Below, piece by piece: positions 25,736 to 38,773 of a DNA stretch of 64,000 bases. Made by a program: the position numbers and the translations under genes. How positions within the stretch are numbered: the stretch's first letter is position 1; each line of letters opens with the position of its first letter. The stretch lies in contig NW_003314291.1 of assembly GCF_000143415.4 (NCBI RefSeq), positions 1 through 64,000 of the forward strand, read 5' to 3'. Source of the stretch: Selaginella moellendorffii (Eukaryota; Plantae; Lycopodiophyta). The notes under the pieces were generated by a model. The model searched no databases. It was not told the DNA's origin and worked only from the letters and a program-made list of their open reading frames with translations.

Positions 25736-26960
25736 TGTAAGGGACTAATTTTTCCTTTTTACTTTAGTCACTTAACTGCACCTCCGACCACTTGGAGGAG
25801 TCTCATTCACAACCTCCATAAGTCCCAGTTAGGACTTGGGGCTTGCCAGCCCTGAGAATGGCATCCATGCCACTCAACCTTTGCATTTGGTCCAAGTGTT
25901 CCACGTGTCCGATCCCATGACTGACACCCTAAGGTACCACTGACATACCAGCCCGTTACGCTAGGCCATGCCCATTCACCTTGGTCACACCGGTGGTATA
26001 ACGCCACCTGCATCATAATCCCGTCTCTCAAAGACTGGGCCATCCGTCCATGAGCGATCATCCCAGATCTACTCCTTAGCATCCTTAGGATGCCCGCAGA
26101 CATGGGGAATAGCCTTCCCTAACAACTCTTTTCCAGTCCCCACCAAGTCCCTTTTAGTTCATGACTGTGTTCGCCAACACTGCCACTGGATCAAGGCCCG
26201 CAGGCCTGACCGTTAAGTCCCACTATCCTTTGGGACTTCCTCACCATGTGACTGTATCCTTGGTCACTACATTAGAGGCCTACTCCTCTTCCCTTTCACT
26301 GTTTGGGACTTTAGGACAACATTTCGGAACACCGTGGCCTTACGCAAGCCTCATGGGTACTCTCCCCGCCTTTCGCCTTTAGGTGCTCTAGCCATGGGCT
26401 TAGAGCGAGGTTCCGTTGAGCCACGACAGGTATCCAAGTAGGTAGTGCCACCCACACTTGGACTAGGAGCATCGGCCAGTCGATCTCCCGGGGGAACTAG
26501 AGCCGACTCTTGAACACTTCACCAAGCTAACCCGCTTGTCGGTCCGTGTTCACTCTAGTCTTGGACTTCCCAGTGGGCAGCTCATCACCCAACACTGGGT
26601 CCGGCCTTCCTGGGCCAAACTGGCCTTTCCTGGCCAAACTGGCTCCACTGCAGTCCTCCCCCTACTATACTTTTGGAGCTCACCAAACCCCCCAGGGTCT
26701 GGGAGACGAACTCTTTGGGCTTTCACCCTCTCAGACTCGAACTCGGACTCGGACTTGGACTCGGACTCGGACTCGGACTTGGACTCGGGCTCGGGCTCGG
26801 TTGGGGCCTCGGCCTCAGTCTCGGTCTCGGTCCCGATCTCGGTCTCGGTCGCAGTCCCGGTCTCGGTCTTGGTCTCGGTCTCGACTTCGGACTCCATCTC
26901 GGGTCCATCTCGGACTCCATCTCGGACTCCATCTTGGGTCCACCTCGGTCTCGGTCCCGA

Positions 26961-26995
<35 letters not shown>

Positions 26996-27543
26996 ACTTC
27001 GGACTCCATCTCGGACTCCATCTCGGACTCCATCTCGGACTCCATCTCGGACTCCATCTCGGACTCCATCTCGGACTCCATTTCGGGTCCATCTCGGACT
27101 CCATTTCGGGTCCATCTCGGACTCCATTTCGGGTCCATCTCGGACTCCATCTCGGGTCCATCTCGGACTCCATCTCGGACTCCATTTCGGGTCCATCTCG
27201 GACTCCATTTCGGACTCCAACTCGGGTCCATCTCGGACTCCACTTCGGACTCCAACTCGAGTCCATCTCGGACTCCACTTCGGACTCCAACTCGAGTCCA
27301 TCTCGGACTCCACTTCCATGTGTCATGTGTTGGTCCTTTTGGGTCCCTTTTTGGAGCCTCGCTTTTTGCTCGCTTCATGCTCGTTCCTCGAGCACTTCGT
27401 TGGGAGTTCCACTCCCGCTCTTGACTTTTCAAGTCGGAGCTTTTGGTCCAAACGTGTTACGCTCGTTTGGCTCTCGCTTCAGCCACTACCACGTGGCACC
27501 CTTTCCGGCTCCACTTTGGGGCCTAGGGATTTTGTGTCTCACA
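25736..27543 (-). repeat. Shared middle LTR of the dimer, with TCGGACTCCATC array (~26735-27310)
   Basis: PBS on the left, PPT on the right, TG...CA termini. Confidence 0.9.
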
Positions 27544-30500
27544 ACTCCACCACCCATAGACGAAGTTCGATGTCCTCATCGAACGGTAAACCATTTTGTA
27601 AAGTAACACTCGCGTGTGTTACCATTTCCATCCTTGGCACCTAGCCAATATTTGTCAATGGTTTGACATTGAAGGCTCACCATGCCTTCTCCATATTTGT
27701 CAATGGTTTGACATTGAAGGCTCACCATGCCTTTTGCATATGCCTCCATGGTTTGACACCAAAGGCTCACCATGCCTTGCCTATCCTCTAAGGAGGGTAG
27801 TCTCTCCAACTTAGAGACTGATTGGACCACATGTAGTGGTTCTCTCCTTTTATTGGTTTAGTCCTCGCTAAACCTCTTAGAGACCCTTCTCTAAGTCAAT
27901 CCCACTACTCCTTCTCGAGTAGTCTCAATTTCCATCGATATAACCTTTGCACTTTGGAACTTTGAATTTTGACTTCTTGGAGTCAATTTCCTAGGTGTCT
28001 CCGACACCTTGCCTTGCACCTTTTTGTGCAACTCCACTTCCCATCCTAGGAAGTTCTCTACTCGAGGGCACCATCATCCTCTCTTCTATTTCGTGCCAAA
28101 GTTCCAGTTATCATACTTTGTGCTAGGGCTGTTCATGGCCCTATCATTTGGCTACCTTACCGCTCCCTCCCTTGGAGCTTCCACTTTTGCCAAATCGGAG
28201 CATTTCGGAATCCCTCCTTGGAAACACACTTCCTTTCCCGCAACTTGTTAGCATCCAACACATTAGTGTTCCTCGCCTAACTTTGTCACTTGGATTCCTT
28301 CCAAGGGATTCCACGGCCCTATCTTGGCCACTCATCTTTTGCTCCTATCCGTTGATTGTTGCACCAAGCAACATCGAATCTCTACCTCCCTTCTTGAGGT
28401 ATTGTTTCGGTTCCATAGCAAAGACTCTTCTTTGCCAAGTCCGGAGGATGTTCACCCCTAGTACGTCTCTTTAGCATCTTCTGCTATGGGCTCTATCCAC
28501 GGCCCAACTTCGTGACCCTCCCATGGGTCTTTTATAGAGACTACTTTCCTCGGACTCACTATGCCATCGCACGGACATAGTTTATTTCCCTTAGGTGCTC
28601 TTCCCACTTGGTCATCACGACCAAGCCACACCACCTTAAACAGTTCAATTTCAACATTTTGAACCAGGAACTTCATTCCTTAGCCAACCAAGGACCTTGT
28701 CCTTATCTGGCCATAAGATCACCTAGTGATCTCACCTTGGCACCTTAACAGAGTTGCCAAGAGATACTTGGTCTTCTAGACCTCCAAGTTGTTGACTATA
28801 ACCCCGGGGGCATCCCCCACACTTGGCGGTGCACCCAAGCCAGCCCTTACGGCAAAGGGTTCATAGCAACTGAGATTAGGTGTCCCCATCTCACTCACCA
28901 CGACCTTGGTGCCACTTGCACCAAAGCGTTCAAGTTAGATATGCCGAGCTTTCACTCTAAGCAATCTAACCGTGCATCACGACTCCGAGGCATCCCTCGC
29001 TTGGCGGTGTGCCCAAACTAGTCTCCCCACTGAGAGTCCATGACCACCGAAATATGAGTGTCCTCATATTCCAAACCATCACCACGCCCTAGTGATTTGG
29101 GACTCGAACCCAAGCACTAGAGGGTCAGGACTCGAACCCAACCTCCGTATATGCATCTACGGACGGCATCACACAAGATGCCTGGCGTGACTCCCCACGC
29201 CGGTGCACCAACTTATTTTTAAAGCGCGCTACAGATCACAGCTTAGGAACCTAGTTCCTCCACACTGCCAAGTCCTCTCACTTGACATGTCTGTGATCAT
29301 GCATGGACTCCTCCATGCTCGGCCCCATGGCCCACCCTTTTTGAAGTTATCACCTTCAACTAGGGTATTTGTTCCCCCGACGTGCCAATCTCGCTTGGCA
29401 AGTTCTCCGACCACTATAACATGGTTCCTGCATAAGCGTGAAAGTCCTTGACCATCGACTTTCGTTCAAAGCCCTCTCTTTGAACACACGGGAACTACTT
29501 CCCTAACCTTGATAGCCTTGCCTCATGGCAAGCTTCATGACCACACTTCTGCTGCGCCACTCTGATTTCGCGCGTTCCATGAACCATTTACACTTGGCCT
29601 TTCTAGGTTCTAAGCTACCTAGAATCGTCTTTGGGAACCTTGAAGGAACTCTGTCCCTCAGCTTGCTAAGGCCTCCCTTTTGCAAGCCTTCCAAATGCCA
29701 CATAGTCTAACATGGACAATTCCATAACTTAGACTCTCCATGGCATCACGGTTGCTAGCGGCAACACCCTCGAGCCCCCACTTGATTCCCCACTCCCAGC
29801 TGGCATAACCAACCTTGGTTATGCCCTTCGATTTCTATGGTTCAGTTCCATCCCAATACTACTTGCCTTTGGCTTCACAGCTTTCCTTCGGTCATTCTCC
29901 TCCAGATCAGGAGGATAGCTTTGCACTTTCTATCATGCCTTAGCAAGTATTCTTAGGGATGAACCTACCCAATAGCCCAGGGAGTGGTTCCTCAATCCGG
30001 GTATGCTCACCTTATAATCCCACACACTGGGATTACATTGTTGCTTATGGGCCTTTACATGCCCATCACTAGCCTTGCCAAAATTCCATTTTTGGCTTTG
30101 TCCAACTTGGGTAGACAGTCCTCTCCTGTCTCCGCAACCTTGGACATTTGGATAGCACCTTCTATCCATCATTCGCTAGGGACTTAGTCCCTTGGGCTTT
30201 ATCCATTGCCCTCGCAACATCAAACACCACCTTCTGGTGTTCTAGAGTGTTCAGGTGTCCCAATGATGGCTTTCTTGACAATGAGTATTTCTTTTTATGA
30301 CATTGACTTACTATATCGCAACATAAGCAACTTATCCCCCGCAAGGGTATATCCGACCTCCCTATGCTAGAAGTCTTGGGTAGCTACCTTCTACCAGTTT
30401 AACCAGTTATTTTGCACCTCTTGCTTAGTTGCCTCATAGTTGTCAAGTCCTACAACCCATTGCTTGGTGCTTTCACACCTCCATCATTATCTGGGTCACC

Positions 30501-31688
30501 GCACTCCAACTGCATGCTCTGCAGCTTAGGCTATGCCATTCCCATTTCCATTGGGATTCTTTTGGCAAGGGGTTCTCATGAACCCACCAACATAGCCTCA
30601 AGGTATCACACCTTGGCACATTTGGTGTCTCCACACCATCGGCTCCACGAGCCTACCTCTATGACACTTCTTCTTTGTGTCTAAGTCTTTGCCAAGACCA
30701 ATGCCACTCTTTCTCATGCCAACCATCCGTTAGCACTACACCATAGAGGTCACACACAACTTTGTGTCAAAGTTGTTTTCTTTTTGGGAACACCTTTCCC
30801 ACGACTTTAGCATGGCACATTTTGCCATCGATGAGATACCTTCTATTCTCATCCTTGGATCCTATGATCCCCCCCCCCCCATCCTTTGTGGGGTACAACA
30901 CACCTCAGTCCAAATGCTTCCATCAGTCCTTTTAGGACCATCCCTTGACTCTACTTGAGTCATCCAGCAGTTTTGGACTTGGTTAATCCACAGACCCGTA
31001 AGGTCCTACTTGTGAGGCACTAGCTCACTGGAATACACTTCTTGCATTCCTGTCCTACTCAAAAGGACTATTTTCACAAGTGTTACTCCGACACTTGATT
31101 TTGTTCTTTGGGGGCAACCTTTGCCCCTTAGGACTACTTGTCCATGTGATGAGAATACCAACTCATCCACTTAATACACCCCCAACTCCTTGGGTTGTTC
31201 CAGCATTTATTAGAGGTAGCCCCGGCTACCATTTCGAGGACTCGTGTCCTCATCCATACTTGACCTCTCACGGTCATCCATTCCGGTCTCACCTTCATGA
31301 GCACCAGCCTCAACCATGTGAGGATAAACTTGTGACTCCTTTATTGTTTTTGGAGTCTCTATCTTCCCCGTGATCCCAACTATAGTTGTTTACCCCAACT
31401 ACATTAGCCCGTTTGCTGAGTCAAATGCTCATCTGGATCACCTCCTCAACTCAATGAGGAAAACCTTGCACTGTTCCCAAGATCCCCAAAGTCGTTCCAT
31501 TATTGGCCCTTTTCTATCCACCACCTCGTCTACAAGTTCACACATGAACTGTAATGGAGAGCCATGTCTTCCCGACTTGCTACTCCTCAAGGATAGGCCC
31601 ACTCCTCGGACCTTCCGATGCCAACACTAGTGGTGATATACTTGAGCACCAATAAAAGTCGGACTAAGGAACAGCTTCGATACCAAGT

Positions 31689-33780
31689 TGTAAGCGACTA
31701 AATTTTCCATTCTACTTTAGTCACTTAACCACACCTCTGACCACTTGGAGGAGTCTCATTCACAACCTCCATAAGTCCAATCCAGGACTTGGGACTTGCT
31801 AGCCCCGAGAATGGCATCCATGCCACTCAACATTTGCACTTGGTCCAAGTGCTCCACGTGTCCGATCCCGTGACCGACACTCAAAGGTACCACCGACATA
31901 AGCAGCCCGTTACGCTAAGGCCATGCCCAATCACCTTTGCCACACTGGTAGTCCAATACCACTTGCATCACCGTCTTGGCTCTCCAAGACTAGGCAAACC
32001 ATCCGTGAGTGGTCATCTCAGATCCACTCCTTAGCATCCTTAGGATGCCCACCGACAAGGGGAATAGCCTTCCCCAATATCCCTCTGTCAGTCCCCACTA
32101 AGTCCCTTCCTGCCCCTGGCCGTGTTTGCCAACACTGCCACTGGATCGAGACCCACAGGCCCGACCACTAAGTCCCACGGCCCTCTGGGACTTCCTCACC
32201 ACACGACTGTGTCCTTGGTCACTACCCCAGAGGACTGCTCCTCTTCCTTTCCACAGTCTGGGCCTTTGGGACAACATTTCGGAACACCGTGGCCTTACGC
32301 GAGCCACCTGGGTACTCTCCTCGCCTTCTGTCCTTGGGTGCTCTAGCCATGGGCTTAGAGCGGGTTCCGTTGAGCCACGACAGGTATCCAAGTAGGTAGT
32401 GCCACCCACACTTGGACTGGGAGCATCGGCCAGTCGATCTCCCGGGGGAACTAGAGCCGGCTCTTGAACACTTCACCAAGCTACCCCGCTTGTCGGTCTG
32501 TGTTCACTCTAGTCTTGGACTTCCCAGTGGGCAGCTCATCACCCAACACTGGGTCTGGCCTTCCTGGGCCAAACTGGCCTTTCCTGGCCAAACTGGCTCC
32601 ACTGCAGTCCTCCCCCTACTATACTTTTGGAGCTCACCAAACCCCCCAGGGTCTGGGAGACAAACGCTTTGGGCTTTCACCCTCTCAGGCTCCGGACTCG
32701 GACTCGGACTCAGACTCGGGCTCGGGCTCGGTCTCGGCCTCGGCCTCGGCCTCGGTCTCGGTCCCGATCTCGGTCTCGGTCTCGGTCTCGGTCTCGACTT
32801 CGGACTCCATCTCAAACTCCATCTCGGACTCCATCTCGGACTCCATCTCGGGTCCATCTCGGACTCCATTTCGGGTCCATCTCGGACTCCATCTCGGGTC
32901 CATCTCGGACTCCATTTCGGGTCCATCTCGGACTCCATCTCGGACTCCATTTCGGGTCCATCTCGGGTCCACCTCGGACTCCATCTCGGACTCCATCTCG
33001 GACTCCATCTCGGACTCCATCTCGGGTCCATCTCGGACTCCATCTCGGACTCCATCTCGGGTCCATCTCGGACTCCATTTCGGACTCCAACTCGGGTCCA
33101 TCTCGGACTCCACTTCGGACTCCAACTCGAGTCCATCTCGGACTCCACTTCGGACTCCAACTCGAGTCCATCTCGGACTCCACTTCCATGTGTCATGTGT
33201 TGGTCCTTTTGGGTCCCTTTTTGGAGCCTCGCTTTTTGCTCGCTTCGTGCTCGTTCCTCGAGCACTTCGTTGGGAGTTCCACTCCCGCTCTTGACTTTTC
33301 AAGTCGGAGCTTTTGGTCCAAACGTGTTACGCTCGTTTGGCTCTCGCTTCAGCCACTACCACGTGGCACCCTTTCCGGCTCCACTTTGGGGCCTAGGGAT
33401 TTTGTGTCTCACACTCGGGTCCATCTCGGACTCCATCTTGGACTCCATCTCGGGTCCACCTCGGACTCCACCTCGGACTCCATCTCGGGGTCCTTGTCGG
33501 ACTCCACTTCGGACTCCACTTTGGACTCCAACTTGGGTCCATCTCAGACACTTCCACGTGTCATGTGTTGGTCCTTTTGGGTCCCTTTTTGGAGCCTCGC
33601 TTATTGCTCGCTTCGTGCTCGTTCCTCGAGCACTTTGTTGGGAGTTCCACTCCCGCTCTCGACCTTTCAAGTCGGGGCTTTTAGTCCAAACGTGTTATGC
33701 TCGTTTGGTTTTCGCTTTGGCCACCACCACATGGCACCCTTCCGGCTCCACTTTGGGGCCTAGGGATTTTGTGCCTCATA
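31689..33780 (-). repeat. 5' LTR of the dimer with a duplicated terminus (ends at 33413 and 33780)
   Basis: The LTR end GGGCCTAGGGATTTTGTG-CTCA(C/T)A occurs twice; the TSD follows 33780. Confidence 0.88.
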
Positions 33781-34046
33781 ACTATGTGCCATGAACGTTC
33801 CTATCAACTGAGTTTGATTGTTCAACTACAACTATATAATATTAAGCAATTACACCAATTGTTACTCCAAAGTCAAAGGAGGAGGAGGCTACTACTCTAC
33901 CATGAAAATGAATGAAAAGAAATAAGCAAAAGAAAAGAAGTTGAGAAAAACTAAAAGAAAAGGGAGATCTAGACAATGCAAAAGTTAAATCTAAACCAAA
34001 AATCCACTCCTTAGGGATAATCAAAGCTGCCCCCCACCTCTGCCAA

Positions 34047-34844
34047 TGTGAGTGCATGGAATATGGAAAAAGAATATAGAAAATGTGTATATCAATTAGC
34101 CCAAAAACCTTAGTTTATATACAAGAGTGAGTGGTACGAATTAAAGCTAATCAAATGGCTACTAAAATCCCATTATGCTAATATTAGTATACGGCATCAT
34201 AGCCATATACTTGGACCTTACAGAGAAGATTATTCAAACTAATAATATATACATATATATTAAATAGAGTAAATAATGCTTAGTTTTTAAATTAGTTGCT
34301 ATACATATAATCAAAATCCTTAAGATTATTTAGTTTTTCTTGAAAAATAAAATCAAAATAAATAAATTTAACCAACATAATTGTGGATAGTCAAGTATAT
34401 ATATATATATATATATATATAAAGCTTGCAAGAAATTTATTTTTCATACTTACAACCAAAGTAATTGTCCCTATTTAAGAGCTTCAAAAGCTTAAATAAC
34501 ACTACAAATTGATATCTCTCATGTTCTTGCATTTTTTTTTTCTTAAGACCTTCTTAGTCGTAGGAATTTTTTGTTTTCTGAATTTTAGAGAAGTAGAGTG
34601 AGGTTGGTTTTTTCTTGAAGTAATCTCTCTTAGTGAGATTTATTTTATTTCTTTGCATTTTTTGTAGTTTACAATTGTGAGTGAATGGAAAGAGAATATA
34701 GAAAATATGCATATCAATTAGTCTAAAAACCATAGCTTATATACAGGAGCTAATGGTCCAAATTGAAACCAATCCGACAGCTACTAAATTTTCACTATGC
34801 TAATATTAGTACACAGCATCGTAACTATACACTTGGACCTCACA
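34047..34844 (-). repeat. Two ~170-bp short LTR-like repeats (34047-34222, 34676-34844)
   Basis: Both start TGTGAG and end CT(T/C)ACA. The second abuts a PPT (rc GAGAGGAGGGGATGA) and the gypsy relic. Confidence 0.65.
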
Positions 34845-36393
34845 TCATCCCCTCCTCTCAGAATGATGGAAACCATCAAGGTTCTCTCGTGGATGGGTTG
34901 GGATCTGGAGGAACATTAGAAGGACGCAGCGATGGATCTGTAGGTGGTGCTAAATATTCCTGATCCCTTTACATGAAGCATTTTAGTTGTTGCATATGCA
35001 CAATTTTTAGAGGATCGGCATGTTGGACATCATGCTAAACCTTATAAACTTGTAGTCCAATTTGCCGCAATACTTGATACAATCCTTTCTACTTAGTAAG
35101 GAGTGTAAGCTTCTAAATTTGGACTTCCTAAGATGTCACCAAGCCCAATACTACTCAAACCTGAAGACACTTAACCCAAAGTATCCTAAGACCATTAATT
35201 GATTGGGAAATAAGGTGTGTTGTTATTCATAGGCCTTTTCTCTTTATATTTGAACCCCATAGATTGTCTCTAAAGTCATTCTCTTTGTGTTTATGAAGAA
35301 CCCCTTAAATAAACCACGTACCATAAAATGTGGAAATGGACTAACACCAAGTCACCCACTTTGTACTTTGCAAATGGATGATGCTGAGAGTTGTAGCGCC
35401 ATTGTTATCCCACTTGTATGTGGCCCAAATGTTTATCAAACTTTACTTAGACAAATGGAAGAATGCTCATCAAATATTGACCCCATGACTTCAGCAAGTT
35501 GTAGCAATCACAAAGGTAAACCCAACTTTGTTGGCAATATTGGATCATAACTATATCTAGTGAAATATCAATAAAACTTTGCACCCTTGTGACATATGCA
35601 TTCCAAAAAGACAGCAAATAACTATCTCAATCTAAATGTTAAAAGTTCATGTACTTTGTGATCATCCATTTGAAGGTCTAAACAAGTTGTTCCACTAAAC
35701 TGTCTAACTATGGATGATATTAAGCACTCATGAAAGTGTGGTGTATCCGTAATCGAGATGTCAAAATATAAAATGCTTTAGCCATAAATGTGGGACCATT
35801 ATCTGAAAAAATTTGCTCTTGATAGGAATGTTGAAACACCATTTGATTGAGGAGGAAGTCTCCAATAGCGGTTATAGACATGCTAGCAAGAGCACTAACT
35901 TCCACCCAGCAAATCAAATAATTAAAAGCAATAATGACATACTCATTGCTAGTAGTCGATCGTGGAAAAGGTCTTATCAAATCAAATGCCACCAACTCAA
36001 ACGGACAGAAAATTGATATTGACTCCAACTATCATTTTGTAACACGAGGGTGAGTATTACAAACATGGCACCAAACACAATTATACACATACCAAATAAC
36101 ATCAAATCACATCTTTGGCCAATAGAAAAACCTGCACAACTTCTTGATCACACAACAATGTCCCATATATCCAAGTACAATAGGAGAATCATGGTAAGTG
36201 TGGAGAAAGCGTGGAATAAAGATTGAAGGCACCACCAGCAATAAATAATCATCAAGATCTGTCTCCACAAAATAAAGAAGATTGTTCTCAAGGTGATATT
36301 GAGAATATAAATGTTGAAATGGCAAGTTATTAACAAGTGATATAAAATTCTCAAACCCATTGCAAAACCTTCGAATCCATAGCTCAATCTTTT
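34845..36393 (-). pseudogene. Degenerate Ty3/gypsy integrase relic (continues at 45987-46195 beyond the nested chromovirus)
   Basis: PFELVAFDLIRPFPRS, IFSDNGPTF, FYWPKM; homologous to 9200-10510. Confidence 0.8.
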
Positions 36394-37579
36394 TGTAAGG
36401 AACCAACTCGCCGAGGTGTCGTAGGCTAAAGGAACCCCGAAAGCATGACCAAAATGACAAAGAATTCATCGGATGGGACCAAGTCGAAGATCGAGTCCAA
36501 GACCGACTCTGAGACCGAGTTTGAGATAGAGTCCGGATTCGAGTCCGAGGCCAACTCGGGGACCGAGTTTGAGACCGAGTTCGAGACTGAGTTCGAGACG
36601 GAGTCCGAGATCCAAATTGGGTCCGAGACCGAGTCCGAGGTCGAGTCTGAGATCGGGTCCGAAAGAGATCGAGTCCGAGACCGAATCCGAAGTCGGATCC
36701 GAAATCGAGTCCGAGATCGAGCCAGAGACTAAGTCCAAATACTAATACGGGTCAAGGGGTGAAAGCCCAAAGCGTGCGTCTCCCAGGGGGGGGGGGTTGC
36801 AGGGGGTTCCAAAAGTATAGTAGGGATAGTAAGGTCCAGAAACCAGTTTTGAAGGGACTCTCCAGTGGGGCTTCCAAACCGACTTGAGGTTGAGACTGGG
36901 ATCGAGGGGCCTTGGGTGGGAGTGAGCATGGACTTGGTTCGTGCCAGAGGGGCCATCCAAGGAAGTGCTCAAGAGCAGCTTCCACTCCCGAAAGGGAAAC
37001 TGATTGTAGTGCTCCCGGCTCATGTGGAGTGGTGCCCCACTTGAGTACCATGCGGCTCATTGGTCCTCGCCCTTCCTAGGGGCTTGGGCCTTCCTTCGGG
37101 ATGGAAGTGGGGGGGTAGAGGTACCCATACCGGGCCGCTAGGCCACGGTGTTTCGCCCCGGCATCCTGAAGCAAGTGTTTCACTCAAGACTTGGGATTTA
37201 GAGGGTCCCATGATCAAGTCTTGTGGTACCAAGGGATGTTAGGAACCTGGAAGCTTGGTGTGCTTGGCTGCTTGTGCTTGCGGGGAGTGTAGCCGAACCT
37301 TAAGTCCAGTCTAACCTGGGGAGGGGGATTGGGAGTGATTTGGGAATTCGAGGATGGATGGCTAACACTCCGTTGCTCGTGCAATGAGTAGCTGAAACCA
37401 AGTAGGAGCTGGTACTATAGGCGAGAACCTTGGCAAGGGAACTTAGCAAAAGCCAAGGCAATGGTGGACGGATAGACAAGGTAAGCTGGCAAATTGGAAA
37501 GGAAAAATCTATAGCTTACAATTTGGTATCAGAGTCTTTTCCTCAATTCTAGCGAAGGATAGAGGCAGATTGCTGGGAG

Positions 37580-38773
37580 ATGGCAAAGGCGGGGCGTAAA
37601 CGAACCAAGGCGGAGACGGAACCTCTGCCAGAGCTGGAGCCTCCGGTCGAACAAGAGGCTATGAATGAGGAATCCTTGCATGAGGATGACTCTAGTGAGG
37701 AAACTTCCAAGTAGGAGTCTGGTGGCGAGGTTCGGTCGTCCAAGGCTCGATTGGATGTTCTAGAAGGACAGTTGGCATAGACCAATGCCCTGCTAGAGAC
37801 TCTCATACGCAAACTAAAATGTGACGAGAAACGGAAGAAAAAGCAAAAGACTGCGGATGCTGGCAGCACAGAAGGTGCAGACCCTTCGGTAGGGACTAAG
37901 CCAGAACCAAACAAGGTCGAACAGACCGAAGTAGAATCAGTCCCTCAGGCAATTCCCAAGTACAAACCAAAGCCCCCACCAGTCTTCAAGGGAGTGAATG
38001 ACTATAAGGTGGTGGAGGATTGGTTTTACGATATGGAGGACTACTTCTGAGCGTTGCGATTACCGAGCTCGGAGAAGGTCCCATGTGCAAAACCATACTT
38101 GGCAAATAATGCCAAGTCTTGGTGGAGAACAACGGAGGCCAACGAAGGACCAGTGGCCACTTAAGACATGATGAAGGCGAGGATCCGCGCAACATACGTT
38201 CCTCCGAATGCCACTCTGCATCTAAGAGATGAGCTGAGTAGGCTGAAGCAGACTGGAACCATTCAGGAGTATGTGAATGGGTTCATGGCAAAGAGGATAC
38301 TTGTCACAGACATGGGGGATATGGATGCGTTCCATGCCTTCATATCAGGTTTGCAAACTTGGGCTCGTGGTGAAGTGATGCGCTGGAACCCGACCAACTA
38401 CAAGGAAGCGTTGGATGCGGCTATCAAGGTGCATTTCAATGATAACCTGCGAAAAGGGAACGCAACGGGGTCGGGGTCCACGTTTCACAAAGGGGCCAAA
38501 CCGAGGGGAACATATAGCAAGGGGAAATTCAAGAAGAGTTTCTCTAAGAATGAGTCCTCGGGGTTCCGGAAAGGCAAATCCGGTGGCCAGCGAGCAAGTA
38601 CGTGGGGGAGTCAAGCGAAAAGAGACAAACCCACGAATAAGAAGGTCAAGTTGTTTAGCAGCGTGGGAAACAACGTATGCTACAACTGCAGTGAAGCGGG
38701 ACACTTTTCGAGGGAATGTCCCTACCCAAAGAAGGCTAAAGCCAATATGGCCATTAAGTCGGGTGAAGTCTAA
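37580..38773 (+). pseudogene. gag: gag with CCHC zinc knuckle (premature stops)
   Basis: LKQTGTIQEYVNGF and FISGL motifs, CYNCSEAGHFSREC; several in-frame TAG/TGA upstream of 38168. Confidence 0.88.

Larger units (their letters stand above)
13268..33780 (-). mobile_element. Tandem LTR-internal-LTR-internal-LTR non-autonomous retroelement (LARD-like dimer)
   Basis: 5-bp TSD ACTAT at 13263-13267 and 33781-33785. LTRs at 13268-15100, 25736-27543, 31689-33780. PPT (rc GGGTGGTGGAGT) at 15101 and 27544; Met PBS at ~25721-25732 and ~31675-31685. Confidence 0.9.
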
